NCBI GenBank assembly: GCA_017466805.1
Contig: JAFTTN010000066.1
Span: 38,722-102,721, forward strand
Length of the DNA: 64,000 bases
Direction: 5' to 3'
Source: Clostridia bacterium
GTDB lineage: Bacteria; Bacillota; Clostridia; Oscillospirales; CAG-382
Shown one piece after another: positions 58,212 through 64,000 of this stretch. Made by a program: the position numbers and the translations under genes. Within the stretch, counting starts at the first letter, position 1. Each line of letters opens with the position of its first letter. The notes below the pieces were generated by a model. That model was not told the DNA's origin. It saw only the letters and a list, made by a program, of their open reading frames with translations, and did not search any database.

Positions 58212-58985
58212 TTAGCAAGCAGCGTTGATAATGGTAGCGAAATCGGGAGCTTTAAGAGAAGCGCCGCCGATAAGACCGCCGTCAACGTTTTCCTTGGAAA
58301 GAAGCTCTTCGCAGTTCTTAGCGTTCATGCTTCCGCCGTACTGAATGGTGGTAGCCTTTGCTACGCAATCGCAGTAAAGACCTGCAGCAACGTTACGGAT
58401 AATGCCGCAAACCTCGTCTGCCTGGTCGGCAGTAGCGGTTTTGCCGGTACCGATAGCCCAAACGGGCTCGTAAGCGATGATGATGTTCTTCATCTGCTCT
58501 GCGGTAACGCCCATAAGAGCGATCTTGGTCTGCATCGAAACGATTTCAGCGGTGATGCCCTGTTCGCGTTCTTCCAAAAGTTCGCCAACACAGAGGATAA
58601 CCTTAAGACCTGCTTCGAGAGCCGCGAGAACACGCTTGTTAACGGTAACGTCGGTTTCGCCGAAGTACTGTCTGCGTTCGCTGTGGCCGATGATTACGTA
58701 GTTAACGCCGCAAGCAACGAGCATATCTGCCGAAATTTCGCCGGTGTATGCGCCGCTCTTTTCCCAGTGGCAGTTTTCTGCGCCGATTTCGATAGGCGAG
58801 CCTGCTGCTGCTTTAACTGCAGCGTCGATATCAACGTAGGGTACGCAAGCGATAATGCCGCAGCCCGAGGTATCCTTGCCTTCGAGCTCTGCTTTGATAG
58901 CGTTGATAAGCTCTACTGCTTCCGCAGGAGTCTTATTCATCTTCCAGTTACCTGCGATAATAGCTTTTCTGAATTCCTTGTTCAT
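58212..58985 (-). CDS. tpiA: Triosephosphate isomerase
   Basis: 257 aa. It carries IAGNWKMN, IIGHSERR, AYEPVWAIGTG and YGGS. Confidence 0.96.
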   Translation of the reverse strand: MNKEFRKAIIAGNWKMNKTPAEAVELINAIKAELEGKDTSGCGIIACVPYVDIDAAVKAAAGSPIEIGAENCHWEKSGAYTGEISADMLVACGVNYVIIGHSERRQYFGETDVTVNKRVLAALEAGLKVILCVGELLEEREQGITAEIVSMQTKIALMGVTAEQMKNIIIAYEPVWAIGTGKTATADQADEVCGIIRNVAAGLYCDCVAKATTIQYGGSMNAKNCEELLSKENVDGGLIGGASLKAPDFATIINAAC

Positions 58986-59037
58986 AACTTATTAATCCTT
59001 TGTTAAAATAATCGTTAAATTTAAAGGTTTTGCGGGG

Positions 59038-59069
59038 TCAAGGAGTGCTTTTACAAAAGCACCCCTTGA
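59038..59069 (-). other. Intercistronic hairpin between pgk and tpiA
   Basis: TCAAGGAGTGCTTTT pairs with AAAAGCACCCCTTGA (one mismatch). There is no T-tract. Confidence 0.4.
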
Positions 59070-59087
59070 TTATTCGCGTCGAGAGCT

Positions 59088-60293
59088 TTATTTATCTGTC
59101 ATTGCGGCGATACCGGGAAGCTCTTTACCTTCGAGGTATTCGAGCGAAGCGCCGCCGCCGGTGGAGATGTGGCTCATCTTATCGCCAAAGCCGAGGGTGT
59201 TAACAGCTGCAGCAGAGTCGCCGCCGCCGATGATGGTGGTAGCATCGGTTTCGGCAAGTGCCTTTGCAACTGCGATAGTGCCTTCCGCAAAGATGGGGTT
59301 TTCGAATACGCCCATAGGACCGTTCCAAACGACAGTCTTGGCCTTCTTAACCTTGCTTGCATAAAGCTCGCGGGTTTTGGGACCGATATCGAGAGATTCC
59401 ATATCTGCGGGGATTTCGTCAACCGAAACAGCCTTGGTTTCTACGACTGCGTCGATAGGATTGGGGAATTCCTTGGTGATCATGCAGTCAACGGGGAGAA
59501 GAAGCTCTACGCCGTTTGCCTTTGCACGTTCAAGCATTTCCTTGCAGTAGTCGAGCTTTTCGTTATCTACGAGAGAGGTGCCGACTTCCTTGCCCTGTGC
59601 CTTAAGGAAGGTATAAGCCATACCGCCGCCGATGATAAGGCAGTCTGCTTTGGTGAGAAGGTTTTCGATAACTGCGAGCTTATCTGCAACCTTTGCACCG
59701 CCGAGAATGGTAACGAAGGGGCGAACGGGGTTATTAACAGCATCGCCGAGGAACTTGATTTCCTTTGCCATAAGGAAGCCGTTTGCGGATTCTTCAACGT
59801 AGGAAGCAACGCCAACGGTAGAGCAGTGTGCTCTGTGAGCCGCACCGAATGCATCGTTAACGAAGATATCGCAGAGAGAAGCGAGCTCCTTCGAGAAAGC
59901 TTCGCCGTTTTTGGTTTCTTCTGCGCGGTAACGGGTGTTCTGGAGAAGAACTACGTCGCCGTCTTCCATTTCGGCAACAGCCTTTTTAGCATTTTCGCCG
60001 ACTACACAGTCGTCAGCCGCGAAAACAACATCTCTTTCGAGTTTTTCTGCAAGACGAACTGCAACGGGAGCCAAAGAGTATTCGGGCTTGGGTTCGCCCT
60101 TGGGTTTGCCGAGGTGCGAGCAAAGGATAACCTTTGCGCCCTGATCGAGAAGGTATTCGATAGTGGGAAGTGCAGCAACGATACGGTTTTCGTCGGTGAT
60201 TACGCCGTTTTTAAGAGGAACGTTGAAATCGCAACGAACGAGTACGCGTTTACCTGCGACCTTGAGGTCTTCAACAGACTTTTTTGCGTTCAT
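59088..60293 (-). CDS. pgk: Phosphoglycerate kinase
   Basis: 401 aa. It carries [28 protein letters not shown] and STGGGASLE. Confidence 0.96.
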   Translation of the reverse strand: MNAKKSVEDLKVAGKRVLVRCDFNVPLKNGVITDENRIVAALPTIEYLLDQGAKVILCSHLGKPKGEPKPEYSLAPVAVRLAEKLERDVVFAADDCVVGENAKKAVAEMEDGDVVLLQNTRYRAEETKNGEAFSKELASLCDIFVNDAFGAAHRAHCSTVGVASYVEESANGFLMAKEIKFLGDAVNNPVRPFVTILGGAKVADKLAVIENLLTKADCLIIGGGMAYTFLKAQGKEVGTSLVDNEKLDYCKEMLERAKANGVELLLPVDCMITKEFPNPIDAVVETKAVSVDEIPADMESLDIGPKTRELYASKVKKAKTVVWNGPMGVFENPIFAEGTIAVAKALAETDATTIIGGGDSAAAVNTLGFGDKMSHISTGGGASLEYLEGKELPGIAAMTDK

Positions 60294-60364
60294 TTGTTTT
60301 TCTCCTGACTTTTATTGAAAATTTTTTGTTTTTTAGGTTTATTCGGAACAATCCAAATCAGCTT

Positions 60365-60393
60365 ATTATATACCAAAAATCTTTGTAAATCAA
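60365..60393 (-). promoter_or_regulatory. Sigma-A-type promoter of pgk-tpiA
   Basis: On the minus strand: TTGATT, 17 nt, TATAAT. Confidence 0.55.
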
Positions 60394-60428
60394 GGGGTTT
60401 GCGGATATTTTGGCTTGAATTCGTTATA

Positions 60429-61877
60429 TTACTTAAAATTTTCTTCGCAATACTTATTAAATCCGGCTTCGGCACGCGAAACAGAAGTGCCGAGCGCAGA
60501 TCCGAAATCGATATAATCTGCAACGGCAGTAGTGGTGGGCCTGCGTATTTCGCTTACCACGCTACCAAAGACATGCGCGAAATCGAAGGTTGCACTGTCG
60601 ATTATCGTTTGCAGCATAACGGTTTCTTTATTGTTGTTTAAATACTGTCCTATAAAGTGGGCAAGGTATGCATCGTGTATCGTTTTTCTGCCTGCAGCAC
60701 AAGTAGCTTGAAGCACTGCGGAAACGAAGTTTTTTCTTTCCTCGCTTGCGTTTTCGAGCGTTTTGGGGATTGCAAACACGTGTGCATCGGTGCTTACAAG
60801 ACAGTTATACCCGTTTTGCTCCTCGCTGTATTTGGGCATAGGCAAAACGCCGTATTCGCTTCCCTTTTGGGTTCCGTCGCGCAGTGCATAGAAATACGAA
60901 AGCTTATTGCTGAAGAATGCAAGCCTGCCGTTTGTAAACGCTTTCATCGCGTCGTTTGCTTCGAGCGGGAATTTTCCGCGTGTGTTATACACTTTAACAA
61001 GCTTTTGACATACCTCGCTGATTTGGTCGACGGAGAGAGAAAGCTTTACGGGATTTTTATAGGTGTCTGTAACGAGCTTTTGGCCGGTTGAGCCCCACAT
61101 TATTATAGGATAGGTTCCCTCGCCGTAATACATACCGAAGCCAAAAACATCGGTTTCGATATCTGCAGAGGATTTTTTGTATACTGCGGGCGCTGCCGCT
61201 CTTGCCGTTTCGTTGAATGCGTCCCAGGTCCATTTTCCTTGCATTACAAGGCTTTCGGGGTCTTTTCCGCCGATATTGTTAACAAGTTCGCGGCTGAAAT
61301 AAAGCACGTTGAGCTCGTCGTAATACTGTGCGGTCGGGTCGGGCAAAAGATACAGCGAACTGTTGGTTGCAAGGGTTTTTGCGTTATTTTCATCGAAATA
61401 AGCGCTTTCGACATTAAAATTCGGAAGCGTATTCATATCGAACAACAAGCCCGACGTTGCAAGCTTGGCGCTGTTTTTTGCCGATAGGCATATTAAATCG
61501 CAGTATTCCGTGCCCGATTCCACTGCCGATTTGAGCTCGTTTGTTAATCTGCTCGCGCTGATTTCTTTAATTTCGATTTTCGCGCCGTATTTATCCCACA
61601 AAAACGTATTGCGTTCCTCGACAGCCTTACTTACAGATCCCGATGCGGTTTCTTCGTTATAAAAAATGCTCGGTTCGTCTGTTGCGATTGTGAAGGTTTG
61701 CTCTTTGATTATTCCGTTTTCGTCTACTTCGATTGACGGAAGCTGACTTTCGAGCTCTTCGTATATACTTTGCGAGGATTCCGACGGCTGTGAAGTTTCT
61801 ATATATTCGACGTTTTCGCAGCCTATTGCAAAAATCAACGTTAAAGCAACAAGCAGTATTGCAATGATTTTTTTCAA
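60429..61877 (-). CDS. Extracellular solute-binding lipoprotein (ABC sugar-type SBP), no adjacent permease genes
   Basis: TTG start with GGAG upstream. The lipobox is LTLIFAIGC. 482 aa with an SBP family 1-like layout. Confidence 0.6.
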   Translation of the reverse strand: MKKIIAILLVALTLIFAIGCENVEYIETSQPSESSQSIYEELESQLPSIEVDENGIIKEQTFTIATDEPSIFYNEETASGSVSKAVEERNTFLWDKYGAKIEIKEISASRLTNELKSAVESGTEYCDLICLSAKNSAKLATSGLLFDMNTLPNFNVESAYFDENNAKTLATNSSLYLLPDPTAQYYDELNVLYFSRELVNNIGGKDPESLVMQGKWTWDAFNETARAAAPAVYKKSSADIETDVFGFGMYYGEGTYPIIMWGSTGQKLVTDTYKNPVKLSLSVDQISEVCQKLVKVYNTRGKFPLEANDAMKAFTNGRLAFFSNKLSYFYALRDGTQKGSEYGVLPMPKYSEEQNGYNCLVSTDAHVFAIPKTLENASEERKNFVSAVLQATCAAGRKTIHDAYLAHFIGQYLNNNKETVMLQTIIDSATFDFAHVFGSVVSEIRRPTTTAVADYIDFGSALGTSVSRAEAGFNKYCEENFK

Positions 61878-61895
61878 TTACATTCTCCATTCGAT

Positions 61896-61939
61896 TGTTT
61901 CACGTGGAACGTTTTGCGGTTGTTTCACGTGAAACGTTT
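61896..61939. promoter_or_regulatory. Tandem copies of a palindrome-containing 19-mer upstream of the SBP gene
   Basis: TGTTTCACGTGGAACGTTT (61896-61914) and TGTTTCACGTGAAACGTTT (61921-61939), 25 bp apart. The second contains the perfect 14-bp palindrome GTTTCACGTGAAAC plus AAACGTTT. Confidence 0.45.
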
Positions 61940-63380
61940 ATTTAACCGCGGGTTTTACTATAACCTTATCGTTTTCGGGGTCTATAGAGATCAATTCGAA
62001 TTGAGCAGAGGTTCCGAATTCGAATTCGTATCCCTTTGCATCGTTTTCGTTTATATATGCGAGAGTGCCGCAGCAAAGGTAAACGGGTATACTGCCGTCT
62101 TCCTTGCGGAACAACGGGAAGCCTTCGAAAATCTTTTGACTGCTATGCTCGAGATAATTGATTGCTGTAAGGCTGAAAAACCTATGATTTGTCGTATAAA
62201 CGAATTCCTCGGCGTTATTTGCTTCTTTTACAGCGTCGTTGATTATGGTGCGTTGGCGGTTAAGGTTGATATTTTTGGGGTTACCGGAAGCGGCGATGCT
62301 GATTTTCAGCGCACGCTGTGTAAGCAGATCGGTGTAACGTGTTGCGGGACGTACGAAGGAAACCACTTTATCCGATGCGCAATGCGAATTATAAATAGGC
62401 GCGGTGGAAAATTCGGCGCGCGGCATACCGAGCTGGACTGCTTCGCAGACGAATTCGTAATAGTGGGTACCCTTTGCCTGCTTTAATATTTCCGAGGTAA
62501 GACATTTTTCGTCGCAATCGCATTTTTCGATATTTAAAAGACTGCACAAGTATTCGGTAGCTTTATTGTTCAGCGAGCTTTGACCTACAAAAATGCAGGG
62601 CAAGCCGTTTTCGTACATATATTTTCCGATAGCTTCGGCGGCGAAATAACCGATTTCACGCACCATTGCACGTGCATCCGGCTCGGATTCAAGCGTGAAG
62701 GATATCGGGTTGCCGTTTGCATCGCGTTCGAATTTGCGGCGGAATACCGGGCAGTCTATCGCTCCGCGCTTGAGCCTTGCACTACAAAACAGAGCGGCAA
62801 GCTCATACATATCGGCAAGAATGGGAACGTAGGGCTGATATTTATCGCGAAGCATTAATACCGACGAGGTATCCTGCGCAAGACCGAATTGGTCGATTTC
62901 GTTATAGATACAGCGCTCGGCAACGCGAAGCACGCTTTCCTCGAATTTAACCGAAATCAGCGCTCCGTTGGGCGCAATGTCCAATAAAACGGACAATGCC
63001 AGCTTGTCGTCGCTCGGTGCAAGGTTGCAGATTTCGCGTGCGATAGCCTCGGGCAGCATATCGACGTTTACAAAGCCGTTGTGGACCGAAGCTCTGCGGC
63101 GGCGTGCCTCGATATCGAGAGGAGAGCCCTCGCAGACGTATTCGGCAACGTCGGCTATATGAACGCCAAGCTGCCAGCCGTATGCCGTTCGGTAAAGCGA
63201 AAGCGCGCATTCGGAGTATCCGTTGGGGCTATCGCCGAAGGAAAGCACGGTTTTACCGCGCAGATCAAGGCGCTTTGCAAGATATGATGACGGCTTCAGC
63301 CTTGCGGCTACGGCAGCCTGTTCTTTTACTGTTTTAGGGAAAACGCTTAATATAAGCTGTTCTTCAATATTGTTTTTCAA
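61938..63380 (-). CDS. RNB (RNase II/R catalytic domain)-like protein lacking the catalytic aspartate cluster
   Basis: 480 aa. It has clear RNB homology (LGVHIADVAEYVCEGSPLDIEARRRRASV...MLPEAIAREICNLAPSDDKLALSV). The region equivalent to TIDGxDxxDxDDA reads SFGDSPNGYSECA, and SPIRRY reads RPATRY. Confidence 0.7.
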   Translation of the reverse strand: MKNNIEEQLILSVFPKTVKEQAAVAARLKPSSYLAKRLDLRGKTVLSFGDSPNGYSECALSLYRTAYGWQLGVHIADVAEYVCEGSPLDIEARRRRASVHNGFVNVDMLPEAIAREICNLAPSDDKLALSVLLDIAPNGALISVKFEESVLRVAERCIYNEIDQFGLAQDTSSVLMLRDKYQPYVPILADMYELAALFCSARLKRGAIDCPVFRRKFERDANGNPISFTLESEPDARAMVREIGYFAAEAIGKYMYENGLPCIFVGQSSLNNKATEYLCSLLNIEKCDCDEKCLTSEILKQAKGTHYYEFVCEAVQLGMPRAEFSTAPIYNSHCASDKVVSFVRPATRYTDLLTQRALKISIAASGNPKNINLNRQRTIINDAVKEANNAEEFVYTTNHRFFSLTAINYLEHSSQKIFEGFPLFRKEDGSIPVYLCCGTLAYINENDAKGYEFEFGTSAQFELISIDPENDKVIVKPAVK

Positions 63381-63482
63381 AGCTGTTCCCTTTCATTATT
63401 ATATATATATTCAAATTAATTTTACTCATATTATTCTGCCGTGTCAAGTACACATTGAAACAAATCTGTGAATTTTCGTTGC

Positions 63483-63518
63483 AAAGAAAAACGGAAAGGC
63501 GTTTAACCCTTCCGTTTT
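63483..63518 (-). terminator. Rho-independent terminator after valS
   Basis: On the minus strand: AAAACGGAAGG-gttaaacg-CCTTTCCGTTTT followed by TCTTTG. Confidence 0.75.
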
Positions 63519-63526
63519 GCAATTAT

Positions 63527-64000
63527 TTAAAGCGATTCGATGCTTGCTTTGAGCTTCGCCGCAAGCTCTTGGAATTTCGCAAGCTTTTCTTTTTCGGCGT
63601 TAACCACCTTTTCGGGTGCTTTTGCCACGAATTCGGCGTTATTAAGCTTGCCCTGTGCGCGTTTTATTTCGTTTTCGGCGTTCGCAAGCTCTTTGGTTAA
63701 TCTTTCGCGCTCGGCTTCGGTATCGACGATATCGGCAAGCGGGAGGAAGATTTCGCAGGCGTTGGTTACTATTCTTACCGTGCCCTCGGTATCGCATTTA
63801 TCTACGACGGTAATACCCGATGCCGATGCAAGACGGGTGAAGAAGGGCTCTTTATTTGCAAAAAGCTCTTTTTCCGAGGTGGCGATAATAACGTTTGCCA
63901 ATCTCTTGGGAGGAACGTTCATTTCTGCACGGCGGTTGCGTATTGCGCGGATAGCGGTGAGCATAATATCCATATTGCGTTCTGCTTCGTGGAAGTTTAG
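63527..64000 (-). CDS. valS: Valine--tRNA ligase, C-terminal part (5' end beyond the right edge)
   Basis: The C-terminal coiled-coil signature reads AERERLTKELANAENEIKRAQGKLNNAEFVAKAPEKVVNAEKEKLAKF. The reading frame stays open to position 64000. Confidence 0.88.
   Translation of the reverse strand, partial: LNFHEAERNMDIMLTAIRAIRNRRAEMNVPPKRLANVIIATSEKELFANKEPFFTRLASASGITVVDKCDTEGTVRIVTNACEIFLPLADIVDTEAERERLTKELANAENEIKRAQGKLNNAEFVAKAPEKVVNAEKEKLAKFQELAAKLKASIESL

Overview
This window covers the replication-origin region of a Firmicutes/Clostridia chromosome. A dockerin protein, spoIIID and roughly 45-50% GC suggest a Ruminococcaceae/Oscillospiraceae-like organism; that assignment is inferred from gene content only. 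The conserved core is jag-yidC-yidD-rnpA-rpmH (minus strand), then a GT-C-like membrane protein, then dnaA flanked by two DnaA-box clusters (the downstream one with a DnaA-trio array), then dnaN-recF-remB-gyrB-gyrA (plus strand). Housekeeping genes include aspS (partial), hisS, glyQS, valS (partial), hom, metF-metH, pgk, tpiA, a K+-independent-type H+-pyrophosphatase, a KdpD/KdpE-like two-component pair, two ABC exporter modules, a MarR regulator, ribokinase and spoIIID. I found no rRNA, tRNA, CRISPR array, transposase, integrase or prophage genes. Points worth a second look: (1) Two paralogous proteins each carry two tandem TIR-like domains plus Sel1/TPR repeats. One is the last gene of an operon with a PrsW-type intramembrane protease and a membrane-anchored transglutaminase-like protease, and it has an AT-rich, diverged C-terminal half. 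The other carries seven 141-bp tandem coding repeats. (2) A family of at least 8 intergenic hairpin repeats (ACGAGAGA..TCTCTCGT) has compensatory stem changes. Two 104-bp copies (102/104 identical) sit in inverted orientation around a dockerin-protein gene. (3) An ABC/DUF1854-like/ABC module in which both exporters have extra N-terminal zinc-ribbon domains. (4) Apparent pseudo-enzymes: a methylglyoxal-synthase-like protein and an RNB (RNase II/R)-like protein, both lacking catalytic residues. (5) Regulatory oddities: three 11-bp direct repeats and a terminator-like leader upstream of hppA, a 168-bp palindromic element between the kinase and regulator genes, glyQS without a T-box behind a 518-bp hairpin-dense spacer, and a tandem palindrome upstream of an orphan solute-binding lipoprotein. 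(6) A 12-kb block of 11 minus-strand genes lies to the right of oriC, head-on to the expected fork direction. All functional calls rest on motif recognition by eye. No database search was run.
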